Source of the DNA: an uncultured Pseudomonadales bacterium | GTDB lineage: Bacteria > Patescibacteriota > Microgenomatia > UBA1400 > PJMF01 | Direction: 5' to 3' | DNA length: 49,001 nucleotides | NCBI GenBank assembly: GCA_964611955.1 | Contig: CAZTBN010000001.1 | Location: 24,858-73,858 of the forward strand | In this document: positions 27,840 to 36,552 of the stretch, one piece after another | Layout: each line of letters begins with the position of its first letter | Numbering within the stretch: the first letter of the stretch is position 1 | Notes under the pieces: generated by a model | The model's database searches: none | What the model was told of the DNA's origin: nothing | Seen by the model: only the letters and a program-made list of their open reading frames with translations | Position numbers and translations under genes: made by a program

Positions 27840-28862
27840 TTACTTGTTGAGATGGGTTTTAAAATATTCAATGGTTAAGTTTAAACCCTGTTCAAACTTA
27901 ACTTGTGGTTCCCAATTAAGTAATTTTTTAGCTTTACTAATATCTGGCTTGCGCCGAGTCGGATCATCCTTAGGTAATGGCTTAAAAATCATATCTTGGT
28001 TGGGATCAAATTTACCAATGATAAGTTGTTTAACTAGTTGAGCCGTTTCAAATACAGTTAGTTCCTGAGGATTACCTAAATTAATTGTTTCTCCTTTTAA
28101 ATTGGGTAAACCAGCTAATGATAAAATTCCAGCCACCAAATCAGTCACATAACAATAAGATCTAGTTTGCTGACCTTCACCATAAACTGGCACAGGCTCT
28201 CCAGCTAAAGAAAATTTAATAAAATTAGGAATCACTCTGCCGTCATTAATATCCATTCTGGGACCGTAAGTATTAAAAATACGAACAATCCGAACGTCCA
28301 TAGCAAACTCTCTTTCATAAACTCCACAAATAGTTTCACCCAAACGTTTGGCCTCATCATAGCAAGAACGAATCCCATTGGGATTAACATTACCCCAATA
28401 AGATTCTGGTTGAGGATGTTGTAACGGATCGCCATAAACCTCGCTAGTACTAGCAAAAATAAATCTTGCTTGGGGCTGATGAGCTAATAAAAAATCTAAT
28501 AACTGATGAGTGGCCCAAGAGTTAACGAGATAAGTTTCCCTAGGAAAAGCTTGGTATTTATCAGGACTGGCAGCTGAAGCAAAATGAAAAACAAAATCAA
28601 TGGCAGAATCAATTGTTAAGTATGTTGCCGGAGGTTGATTAACATCAGCTTTAATAAAAGTAAAGTTTTTTGCAAACTCTCCTGCAGTTTGCAACATAGA
28701 TTCAAGATTATCATTACTGCCAGTTGAAAAATTATCAACTCCAATTACTTTTGCTCCTAGTTTCAATAAACTTTCGCAAAGATGTGAGCCGATAAAACCA
28801 GCTGCCCCTGTTACTACACAACTTTTATTTTGCAAGAAATTATCAATGTTCATGAATAACAT
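27840..28862 (-). CDS. uxs: UDP-glucuronate decarboxylase (UDP-xylose synthase)
   Basis: VVTGAAGFIGSHL, STSEVYGDPLQHPQPESYWGNVNPNGIRSCYDEAKR, RIVRIFNTYGPRM..DGRVIPNFI, GEGQQTRSYCYVTDLV and DDPTRRKPDISKAKKLLNWEP are near-collinear with eukaryotic and bacterial UXS. Confidence 0.9.
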   Translation of the reverse strand: MLFMNIDNFLQNKSCVVTGAAGFIGSHLCESLLKLGAKVIGVDNFSTGSNDNLESMLQTAGEFAKNFTFIKADVNQPPATYLTIDSAIDFVFHFASAASPDKYQAFPRETYLVNSWATHQLLDFLLAHQPQARFIFASTSEVYGDPLQHPQPESYWGNVNPNGIRSCYDEAKRLGETICGVYEREFAMDVRIVRIFNTYGPRMDINDGRVIPNFIKFSLAGEPVPVYGEGQQTRSYCYVTDLVAGILSLAGLPNLKGETINLGNPQELTVFETAQLVKQLIIGKFDPNQDMIFKPLPKDDPTRRKPDISKAKKLLNWEPQVKFEQGLNLTIEYFKTHLNK

Positions 28863-29003
28863 TCTAGCAAATAATTATACTTAAAACTATAATCTGATCA
28901 TTATTATGGTAGAACATAGTAAAATTAGAATCATGCTTTAAAAGTAATGCATTAAGTTACAGTTTTCTTATTTGATAGTTATCTAGTAGAATAGTGTTTA
29001 TTG

Positions 29004-30542
29004 ATGCTTAAACTAAAAAACATTCAGCCTATCTGGTTTATTTTAATTTTAGCCTTAATCTTGCGTATACCATTGCTCAATGGTTCTTTTTGGTTGGATG
29101 AGGCAGCTCAAGCCTTAGAAAGCGCTCGACCATTATCACAACAGTTTGATATCATTGGCGATTTTCAGCCCCCTTTGATGCATCTGTTCACTTTTCTGGC
29201 TTTATTAATGAGTCAACAAGAATGGTGGGCCAGGCTAATAACTGCTCTAATTCCTGGATTGATTAGTATCGGCTTAGCTTATACAATCGGAAAAAAATTA
29301 TTTAATCAAGCCACTGGCTTAATAACTGCTTTATTGTTGGCCACTTCTTCTTTTCATATTTTTTATGCTCAAGAACTGCGTCCCTACAGTTTAGCTCTGA
29401 TGTGGGCCATGTTTTCTTGGTTAGCATTAATCACAGTTTGGAATCAGCTACCACGCACTTTTATAACATTGAAATCAATATTTAAAAATTGGTGGCCTTA
29501 TATCTTGGTCACAACTTTAGGATTATTCACCAGTTACACCTATCCTTTTATAGTTTTAGCTCAACTAATAATAACTTTATTACTCTATAAAAAACAGTTA
29601 ACTGCTCATTTAATCGCAGCCTGTACTGCTGGAGCTTTATTTTTACCTTGGTTACCAACATTTTTAAAACAACTTCACGCTGGGCAATTATTACGCTCTG
29701 ATCTGCCAGGCTGGTCAAGTTTAGTTAGTTTTACTCAACTTAAAGCATTACCGTTAGTGATGGGAAAATTAGTTTTTGGAGTTATCAGACTTGATGTCAA
29801 TCTAGTTTTCATCAGCCTGAGTGTTGTTTTAGTTCTCCTCATATTACTATTAGCAATTAAATTATGGCAAGTTAACAAGAGTTCTGTTCAGCATTTTTTC
29901 ACCAAGCCCAATAACAAAAACTATTTACTTAGCTTTTTAGCTCTCAGTTTACCCTTGCTTTTGGGTTGGTTAGTTTCGTTTGTGGTGCCGGTGATTCATC
30001 CTAAAAGATTTTTGTTTATTCAACCATTTATTTATCTGTTCATTTCTAGTCTCGTAGTCGGTAACTGGCAACTCAAACAAAAATTCAATCAAGTTTTAGC
30101 AGTTATTTTATTATCATCGCTATTAATAATTAATGTTTTTTCCACAGTGAATTATTATCAAAAACCAGATTTACAACGAGAAAATTGGCGTCAGGTTTAC
30201 CAATTGATCTCTGCTCGTTTTCCAGAAAGAGATACCTTAATTGTTTTTGGATTCAATGATCCATTCGCACCTTGGGAGTGGTATGCAGGTAAACAATTTC
30301 CTACTTTGTCTACAGGTTATTTACACAGTCAAACATTGCCCCTAGTGCAAGAAAAACTCAAGCCAGCGACTGAGTATCAATTTGTTTTAGTTTTTGATTA
30401 TCTGCGGGATTATACTGATCCTTATAACTATATTCCTGCTGCTTTGGAAGAGTTTGGCTATGAGCTGTATGAACTAATTGATCAAAAAAATATTGGCTTT
30501 ATACGTGTCTATATTAAAAATAAAACAGCCATTACCGGCTAA
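29004..30542 (+). CDS. GT-C membrane glycosyltransferase (ArnT/PMT-like, distinct subfamily)
   Basis: After TM1 comes SFWLDEAAQALES (D-E pair in the first external loop), then 11 or more TM helices and a soluble C-terminal domain. The track start at 29001 is TTG, immediately followed by the ATG at 29004. Confidence 0.7.
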   Translation: MLKLKNIQPIWFILILALILRIPLLNGSFWLDEAAQALESARPLSQQFDIIGDFQPPLMHLFTFLALLMSQQEWWARLITALIPGLISIGLAYTIGKKLFNQATGLITALLLATSSFHIFYAQELRPYSLALMWAMFSWLALITVWNQLPRTFITLKSIFKNWWPYILVTTLGLFTSYTYPFIVLAQLIITLLLYKKQLTAHLIAACTAGALFLPWLPTFLKQLHAGQLLRSDLPGWSSLVSFTQLKALPLVMGKLVFGVIRLDVNLVFISLSVVLVLLILLLAIKLWQVNKSSVQHFFTKPNNKNYLLSFLALSLPLLLGWLVSFVVPVIHPKRFLFIQPFIYLFISSLVVGNWQLKQKFNQVLAVILLSSLLIINVFSTVNYYQKPDLQRENWRQVYQLISARFPERDTLIVFGFNDPFAPWEWYAGKQFPTLSTGYLHSQTLPLVQEKLKPATEYQFVLVFDYLRDYTDPYNYIPAALEEFGYELYELIDQKNIGFIRVYIKNKTAITG

Positions 30543-30548
30543 TGTGAT

Positions 30549-31679
30549 ATGAATATTGGTTTAGATATTACTGCTTTAATTTATCAACGTGGTGTTTCGC
30601 GTTACACTGCTAATTTGGTTAGAGCCTTAAGTACTCATACTAACAATCATTTAAAATTATATGGTAGCTCATTGCGTCAACATGCATTTTTAACTGCTAG
30701 TGCCAAAAGTTTAACCAGTAACAAAGTTCAAGATCAATATCATATTCAAAAACTACCGCCATCGGTTTTACAGTTACTCTGGAGTCTGGGACTTAATCAA
30801 ATTCAATCCCATTTTTCTAAATTAGATGTTTTTCATAGTTGGGACTGGATCCAACCACCAGATAAAAATATTCCCTTAGTGTCAACCATTCATGACCTAG
30901 CTATTTTAAAATATCCTGAAACTGCTCATCCAAAAATTGTCAAGGCACATCAAAAAAGTTGGCAACAACTTAAAGATAGAAAAGCACATATTATCGCAGT
31001 CAGTCAGGCTACCAAAAAAGATGTGGTCGAACTATTAAACTTTCCTAACTGGCGTGTACATGTGGTGCCTGAAGCTTTACCCACTGAAATTTTAGATATT
31101 AGTTTAAGCTTGATCGATAAGGACATTACTGTCATTAAGAATAAATATCAACTTGATAAGCCTTATATTTTATTTGTTGGAGTTAGAGAGCCTCGCAAAA
31201 ACTTGGAGCGACTGATTAAAGCTTGGTTACCCTTACAAGAAAAAGTAGATTTGATAGTAGTTGGTGATAAAGGTTGGAGTGAACAAACTGTAACTAATAG
31301 TACTCATTTAAGATTTTTAGGCAAAGTCTCTGATCAAGCTCTATGTGTTTTATATTCTGAAGCAGAGCTATTTGCTTATCCTTCTCTGTATGAAGGTTTT
31401 GGTCTACCAATTTTGGAAGCTTTTCAATACGGTACTCCTGTCTTAACCTCTGACTTATCAGCCATGATTGAGGTGGCAGGTAATGCTGCAGAGTTAGTTG
31501 ATCCTTTCAGTATTACTGATATTAGAAGAGGCATTAATAAAATTCTTAACGAAAACAGTGAATCACAAAAAAAGAGATTACAGCGCATGATTATTCGCAA
31601 ACAAATGTTTGACTGGAAAAAAGTTGCCTGGCAAACTGAAAAAGTATATCAACAAGCAATTGAAGATTTTAATAATTAA
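30549..31679 (+). CDS. family 4 (GT-B) glycosyltransferase
   Basis: VSTIHDLAILKYPE, FVGVREPRKN, YEGFGLPILEAFQYGTPVLTSDLSAMIEVAG. Confidence 0.85.
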   Translation: MNIGLDITALIYQRGVSRYTANLVRALSTHTNNHLKLYGSSLRQHAFLTASAKSLTSNKVQDQYHIQKLPPSVLQLLWSLGLNQIQSHFSKLDVFHSWDWIQPPDKNIPLVSTIHDLAILKYPETAHPKIVKAHQKSWQQLKDRKAHIIAVSQATKKDVVELLNFPNWRVHVVPEALPTEILDISLSLIDKDITVIKNKYQLDKPYILFVGVREPRKNLERLIKAWLPLQEKVDLIVVGDKGWSEQTVTNSTHLRFLGKVSDQALCVLYSEAELFAYPSLYEGFGLPILEAFQYGTPVLTSDLSAMIEVAGNAAELVDPFSITDIRRGINKILNENSESQKKRLQRMIIRKQMFDWKKVAWQTEKVYQQAIEDFNN

Positions 31680-31681
31680 AG

Positions 31682-32839
31682 ATGCCTATGATTTCTTTAG
31701 CCATCGATGCCAATGAAGCTAATGTTGCCAATAGAGTGGGCAGTAATGTCTATGCCTTTCACATTTTAACAGAGTTAGCTAAGTTAATTAGCCATGATCC
31801 TCAAGTTAAAGCAACAGTTTTATTAGCTCAGCCTCCGCTATCAGATTTGCCTAAGGAAAATAATAGTTGGCACTATCGGGTGGTGACTCCTAAAACATTT
31901 TGGACTCAATTCGCCTTACCTTTATATCTTTATCAACATAAAACTCAATTTGATCTTTTTTATACTCCGGGTCACTACGCGCCTCGCTGGTGCGCTATTC
32001 CTTATGTTTCTAGTGTTATGGATTTAGCCTTTTTACATTTTCCAGATCAATTTAAAACTAGTGATTTAATTCAACTTAAAAATTGGACTAATTATAGTGT
32101 TCGCCATGCTCAAAAAATTGTCACTATTAGTGAATTTTCCAAACAGGAAATCATTAATGCTTATCAGCGCAGTCAAGATGATATTGTAGTGGCTTATCCA
32201 AGTTCAAGTTTTCCTGATGAAAATACTTTTTCTCAAACTAAAAATAGTTTAAAAAAATTAAAAATTAATAAACCATATTTTTTATTTATCGGTACTTTGC
32301 AACCTAGAAAAAATCTGATTACTTTAATCAAAGCCTATGAGCTTTTCTGTGAGGAACAAAAAAAATTAAAATCTGCTAAACCAGTGCCTGTCCTAGTTTT
32401 AGCTGGAAAAATTGGTTGGTTAGCTCAGCCAATTTTAGACTCCATTAACAACTCTACTGTCAAAGAGCAGATTATCTTAACTGGTTTTGTGCCCGATTCT
32501 ATTAAAGTCAGTCTCTATCAAAACGCTCTCGCTACTATTTTAGTTGGCTTATATGAAGGTTTTGGACTGCCTGCTTTAGAATCAATGCAGTTTCAAACTT
32601 TACCTATTGTCAGTAATAACAGTAGCTTGCCTGAAGTGGTAGACCAAGCTGGAATTTTAGTTAATCCACACAAGTCAGCTAACATTTCTCAAGGACTGAT
32701 GAAGGCCTATAATTTGTCGGCACTACACCAAGCTCAATTTAATAAACGAATGAAAGAACAAGTAGCTAAGTTTTCTTGGCAAAAAAGTGCCCAAAAAATT
32801 TATCAACTCTTATTAAATACAGCTAGTCATAATGGCTAA
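31682..32839 (+). CDS. family 4 (GT-B) glycosyltransferase
   Basis: VSSVMDLAFLHFPD, FIGTLQPRKN, YEGFGLPALESMQFQTLPIVSNNSSLPEVV. Paralogous in layout to 30549-31679. Confidence 0.85.
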   Translation: MPMISLAIDANEANVANRVGSNVYAFHILTELAKLISHDPQVKATVLLAQPPLSDLPKENNSWHYRVVTPKTFWTQFALPLYLYQHKTQFDLFYTPGHYAPRWCAIPYVSSVMDLAFLHFPDQFKTSDLIQLKNWTNYSVRHAQKIVTISEFSKQEIINAYQRSQDDIVVAYPSSSFPDENTFSQTKNSLKKLKINKPYFLFIGTLQPRKNLITLIKAYELFCEEQKKLKSAKPVPVLVLAGKIGWLAQPILDSINNSTVKEQIILTGFVPDSIKVSLYQNALATILVGLYEGFGLPALESMQFQTLPIVSNNSSLPEVVDQAGILVNPHKSANISQGLMKAYNLSALHQAQFNKRMKEQVAKFSWQKSAQKIYQLLLNTASHNG

Positions 32840-33350
32840 GCTTCCTAAAATCGATACTAGTAATGAGATCATCTTGGGTATTGATCCCGGATATGATCGT
32901 TTAGGTTGGGCTATTGCTCAAAATAATTCTGGTTGGACCAACATTAAACTTGGTTGTATTGAAACTAACCGTACTCAAACGATTATTCAGCGTTATCAGC
33001 AACTTGAACTTGATTTGCAAAAGATTATTGATCAATATCGTCCTACCCAAGCTGCTGTGGAAACCTTATTTTTTGCTAATAATGTTACTACTGCGATGAA
33101 AGTGGCTGAAGTGAGAGGCATTGTGTTAGCTATTCTAATCAGAAATAATCTTGCTATTAGTCAATACAATCCAATGCAAATTAAAGAAACTGTGACAGGA
33201 ACTGGCAAAGCAGATAAAAAAGCAGTTGAAAAAATGGTGCGCCTGGAGTTTAAAATAGCTGAAAAAAATATTTTAGATGATGCTCTGGATGCTTTGGCAG
33301 TGGTTTTTACCCACTATATTTTGTCAAGAAACATGAAATACTATGCTTAA
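32832..33350 (+). CDS. ruvC: crossover junction endodeoxyribonuclease RuvC
   Basis: ILGIDPGYDRLGWAI (catalytic Asp), AAVETLFF (Glu), GTGKADKKAV, DDALDALAVVF (acidic pair). The ATG overlaps the upstream GT4 gene by 8 nt. Confidence 0.9.
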   Translation: MAKLPKIDTSNEIILGIDPGYDRLGWAIAQNNSGWTNIKLGCIETNRTQTIIQRYQQLELDLQKIIDQYRPTQAAVETLFFANNVTTAMKVAEVRGIVLAILIRNNLAISQYNPMQIKETVTGTGKADKKAVEKMVRLEFKIAEKNILDDALDALAVVFTHYILSRNMKYYA

Positions 33351-33370
33351 GTTATTAACTATGTAAAATT

Positions 33371-33928
33371 ATGATTGCTTATCTTAAAGGAACTCCAAAA
33401 ATTGTTGATAATTTTGTCATTATTATGACCAATGGCGTTGGCTATAAAGTAGAAGTAGGCTCACAAACCCTAGCTCAGTTATCTACCCAAGAAGTTGAGT
33501 TATATATTCATACTTATGTCAGAGAAGATCGTTTGGAATTATTTGGATTTTTACAATTAGCTCAACTTAAGCTATTTAAGCTGATGATTGAGATTTCTGG
33601 AGTCGGACCTAAAACAGCCATAGAAATCGTTGATCGTAATCCAGAACAAATTGTACAGGCAGTTCAAAACTCAGAAGTTAGCTTTTTTAAAGGTATTCCT
33701 AGAATTGGCAAAAAAACAGCTCAAAAAATTATTCTAGAACTCAAACCCAAGTTAGGTAGTTTAAAGGAGTTAAGTTTAGGCCCTCGCTCTCCTAAAGAAC
33801 AAGATGTGTGTGAGGCTTTGACAGTATTGGGCTATGAAGAAAGCGATATCATCGCGATTTTACAGGATTGCAATTTAGAAGAACTGAGTGTCGAAGAAGC
33901 GGTAAGACAGGTGTTGAAGAAGATGTAG
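33371..33928 (+). CDS. ruvA: Holliday junction branch-migration complex subunit RuvA
   Basis: MIAYLKGT..., NGVGYKV, helix-hairpin-helix ISGVGPKTAIEI and IPRIGKKTAQKIILEL, plus a C-terminal domain III. Confidence 0.9.
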   Translation: MIAYLKGTPKIVDNFVIIMTNGVGYKVEVGSQTLAQLSTQEVELYIHTYVREDRLELFGFLQLAQLKLFKLMIEISGVGPKTAIEIVDRNPEQIVQAVQNSEVSFFKGIPRIGKKTAQKIILELKPKLGSLKELSLGPRSPKEQDVCEALTVLGYEESDIIAILQDCNLEELSVEEAVRQVLKKM

Positions 33929-33960
33929 AGTTAATAAAATTCAATTATTCTCAATTGTTA

Positions 33961-33989
33961 TTGTTAATACTATTTTGATACATTATAAT
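33961..33989 (+). promoter_or_regulatory. candidate sigma-70-type promoter upstream of the orphan region
   Basis: TTGTTA (33961-33966) - 17 nt - TATAAT (33984-33989), 30 nt upstream of the ATG at 34020. AT-rich context makes chance matches likely. Confidence 0.3.
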
Positions 33990-34019
33990 TGTTTAATTAT
34001 TAATCAGCATTAATTTTTG

Positions 34020-34365
34020 ATGAAAAGAGAATCAGACCAGACTAACGCTCTAGAAGAACAAAAAGGCAACTCCTGAAAAACCATCAGGGGGAAATTAACC
34101 AGGTTTTAACACTTTTAAGAACACATCTCAAAAAAATAAAATCAGCAGGAGATCCAAGTTACGAATATTTGGCTCAATCATTAACGGCTCTAATCAACTC
34201 ATATGAAAATATTATGAGTATACCTCCGCAACAAATCAATTTTTTGGAATTTATAATAAAACTCTATCCGCAACTATCAAGGCCTATAGCATTCAAGAAG
34301 ATGCTGCCAGAGATTCAGAACTTGTCAAAATTTATAATAGTTTAACTTTATGGTGGACCTTCTAG
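34020..34365 (+). pseudogene. frame-disrupted orphan coding remnant (possibly the 5' part of the 34384-34809 ORF)
   Basis: ATG at 34020 gives 18 codons and then TGA (34074-34076). Protein-like reading continues in the next frame from about 34076 (KNHQGEINQVLTLLRTHLKKIKSAGDPSYEYLAQSLTALINSYENIMSIPPQQIN). After a T6 run (34240-34245) it continues in the third frame (...IKAYSIQEDAARDSELVKIYNSLTLWWTF) to TAG at 34363-34365. That third frame is the same frame as the 34384 ORF. Confidence 0.35.
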
Positions 34366-34383
34366 TATCATTCATTATTAAAA

Positions 34384-34809
34384 TTGTTAAAACAGATCAA
34401 TATTAATTATTCAAGCATAAAAGTGATCGATCAAGAAAGAAAATCCGAGGAAAATCCAAAATTTGCAGCTCAAGAATTGCCAGTTTTATTTAAAAAACAC
34501 TGGCCTAATATTGGTCAAATGTTAAGAAGTTTGCAATTATTAGCTGCCTTTGTTAATTCACACAATCAAAATGATAATGAACGCCAGGAAATTCAAACTA
34601 CTTGCAAGGAATTAAGCCGCCAATATTATTCGCTTGAAATAATTGAAGGGTTATTAAATGATGGATCAATTTTTAATGAAAGTGCTAATGAATTGAATAA
34701 AAAATCTTTATTAGACTTAATGGCAAGACTAGAATCTATATTAGGACGATATCAAGCTAAATTCTCAAGCCCAAGATACCAAAAATGGCTTGATGATGTA
34801 GAATCTTAA
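34384..34809 (+). CDS. hypothetical protein (helical, no recognisable domain); may be the 3' part of a decayed gene
   Basis: 141-codon ORF beginning with TTG. The first ATG is far internal (MLRSLQ). No SD and no family recognised. Confidence 0.35.
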   Translation: MLKQININYSSIKVIDQERKSEENPKFAAQELPVLFKKHWPNIGQMLRSLQLLAAFVNSHNQNDNERQEIQTTCKELSRQYYSLEIIEGLLNDGSIFNESANELNKKSLLDLMARLESILGRYQAKFSSPRYQKWLDDVES

Positions 34810-34932
34810 GCTATCTCTAATCTACTAAAATTTCACACCCCTCTTTCCTATGTTATGATAGTCTCAGTAAAATCATGATTCGTTGGATTTGATTATCTGT
34901 TTTTTAAATTGCTCAAATACAACTCAATTTAT

Positions 34933-35925
34933 ATGCCAATTAACTCTACTAACCATCTTGACGAAGAATTACTTATCAACTCCTTGCGAGCCTCAGATTG
35001 GCAGGAGTTTTATGGTCAAGAGTTAATTAAAAAATCCTTACGTATCGCTATTAAAGCAACTAAAGAACGCCATGAACCATTAGACCACATCTTACTTTAC
35101 GGTCCACCCGGTTTGGGCAAAACTACATTGGCTCACTTAGTTGCCAAGGAACTCGACGTTAATATCAAGGTAACTTCTGGCACAGCTTTGGCTAAAACCG
35201 GCGATCTAGCTGCTATTCTCACCAATCTCAAAGACGGAGATGTACTTTTTATAGATGAAATTCATCGTCTTCCTAAAGCAGTAGAGGAAACACTCTATCC
35301 AGTTATGGAGGATTATGCTCTTGATATAGTGATTGGCAAAGGCCCGTCAGCTCGCACAGTTCGTTTAGATTTACCTAAATTTACTTTAATTGGTGCTACT
35401 ACCAGATACGGATTATTAGCTGGGCCATTTCGTGACCGTTTTGGCATTATTCACCGTCTAAACTTTTATAAATCAGATGAACTCTGTCCTATTTTGGCTA
35501 AAGCTTCACAAAAACTAGATGTGCAGCTGGATCAAGACTCAGCTCTCACCATTAGTGTTAGAGCCAGGGGTACTCCCCGCATTGCTCTTAAACTTCTGAA
35601 ACGAGTGCGAGATTTTGCTCAAGTGCAAAAACAAGCCATTAATGAGCAGTTAATTGCCACAGCTCTGCAAATGCTCACAATTGATGAGCTAGGCCTTGAT
35701 CAAAACGATCGTTCATTTTTATCAAAAATTATTTACAAACACAACGGTGGCCCGATTGGTTTAAAAACCATCTCAGCTACTATTCATGAAGATCCAGGCA
35801 CCATTGAAGAGGTGATTGAGCCTTATTTATTAGAGCTAGGTTTTATCAATCGCACCTCACAAGGTAGAGTAGTAACTCCTAAGGCTTATCAACACTTAAA
35901 AATTAAATATAATAAAAAAGACTAG
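34933..35925 (+). CDS. ruvB: Holliday junction DNA helicase RuvB
   Basis: FYGQE..., Walker A LLYGPPGLGKTTLA, Walker B VLFIDEIHRL, sensor GATTRYGLLAGPFRDRFG, and ARGTPRIALKLLKRVRD. The track start at 34909 is TTG; the ATG (MPINST) is at 34933. Confidence 0.93.
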   Translation: MPINSTNHLDEELLINSLRASDWQEFYGQELIKKSLRIAIKATKERHEPLDHILLYGPPGLGKTTLAHLVAKELDVNIKVTSGTALAKTGDLAAILTNLKDGDVLFIDEIHRLPKAVEETLYPVMEDYALDIVIGKGPSARTVRLDLPKFTLIGATTRYGLLAGPFRDRFGIIHRLNFYKSDELCPILAKASQKLDVQLDQDSALTISVRARGTPRIALKLLKRVRDFAQVQKQAINEQLIATALQMLTIDELGLDQNDRSFLSKIIYKHNGGPIGLKTISATIHEDPGTIEEVIEPYLLELGFINRTSQGRVVTPKAYQHLKIKYNKKD

Positions 35926-35958
35926 TGATTATTTTATTTACAAACTAAATATTTAACC

Positions 35959-36537
35959 GTGCTTAAAAAAATCCAACGCCGACTCACCGCTATTTATCTT
36001 GAAACAGTCACCGGATTTTTATGGTGGGGTGTGGGTTACCTGCCTTTCCATTCACTTAGAAAATTTTTTTATCGCTTGTTTGGTATGAAAATTAATAGTC
36101 ATTCTACAATTCACATGATGGCTCGTATTTATGATCCCAGACACATCAAAATTGGAACAGATAGCTTGATTGGCGAGCGAGTTACTCTTGATGGCAGACG
36201 TCAACTGCCTAATTCTCAAGGCGAGTTAATCATTGGTGATCATGTAGATATTGCCTCTGAGGTGATGATTTGGACAAGTCAGCATGATATTAATGATCCG
36301 AGTATGAAAACAATTGAAACAAAAGTGGTGATTGAAGATTACGTTTTTATTGGTCCCAGAGCGATTATTTTACCTGGAATAACTATCGGCAAAGGAGCAG
36401 TAATTGCTGCCGGAGCAGTGGTGACTAAAGATGTGCTTCCTTTGGCAATCATGGCTGGTATTCCAGCCCAACAAATCAAGACTCGCAATCAGGATGCACT
36501 TAATTACACTCTAGGAAGGCCCAGACTTTTTCAATAA
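35959..36537 (+). CDS. hexapeptide-repeat (left-handed beta-helix) O-acetyltransferase, WcaF/WbbJ-like
   Basis: GTG start and a hydrophobic N-terminal segment. LbH repeats follow: IGDHVDIASEVMIW, VIEDYVFIGPRAIILPGITIGKGAVIAAGAVVTKDV. Confidence 0.8.
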   Translation: MLKKIQRRLTAIYLETVTGFLWWGVGYLPFHSLRKFFYRLFGMKINSHSTIHMMARIYDPRHIKIGTDSLIGERVTLDGRRQLPNSQGELIIGDHVDIASEVMIWTSQHDINDPSMKTIETKVVIEDYVFIGPRAIILPGITIGKGAVIAAGAVVTKDVLPLAIMAGIPAQQIKTRNQDALNYTLGRPRLFQ

Positions 36538-36552
36538 CTACGCTTTACAGTC

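Noticed and set aside
27844-28456. ORFs 27844-28041 (+) and 28232-28456 (-, alternate frame) within the UXS gene
   Set aside because: The UXS frame is unambiguous over this whole span, so these are shadow ORFs.
28945-28954. Perfect 10-bp palindrome TAATGCATTA in the UXS / GT-C divergent spacer as a possible operator
   Set aside because: It is short and made entirely of A/T-rich half-sites. It does not extend beyond 10 bp, I did not find it repeated elsewhere, and it is plausibly a chance occurrence.
32914-33099. 61-aa + strand alternate-frame ORF inside ruvC
   Set aside because: The ruvC frame carries all the catalytic blocks. The alternate frame is Leu/Ile-rich noise.
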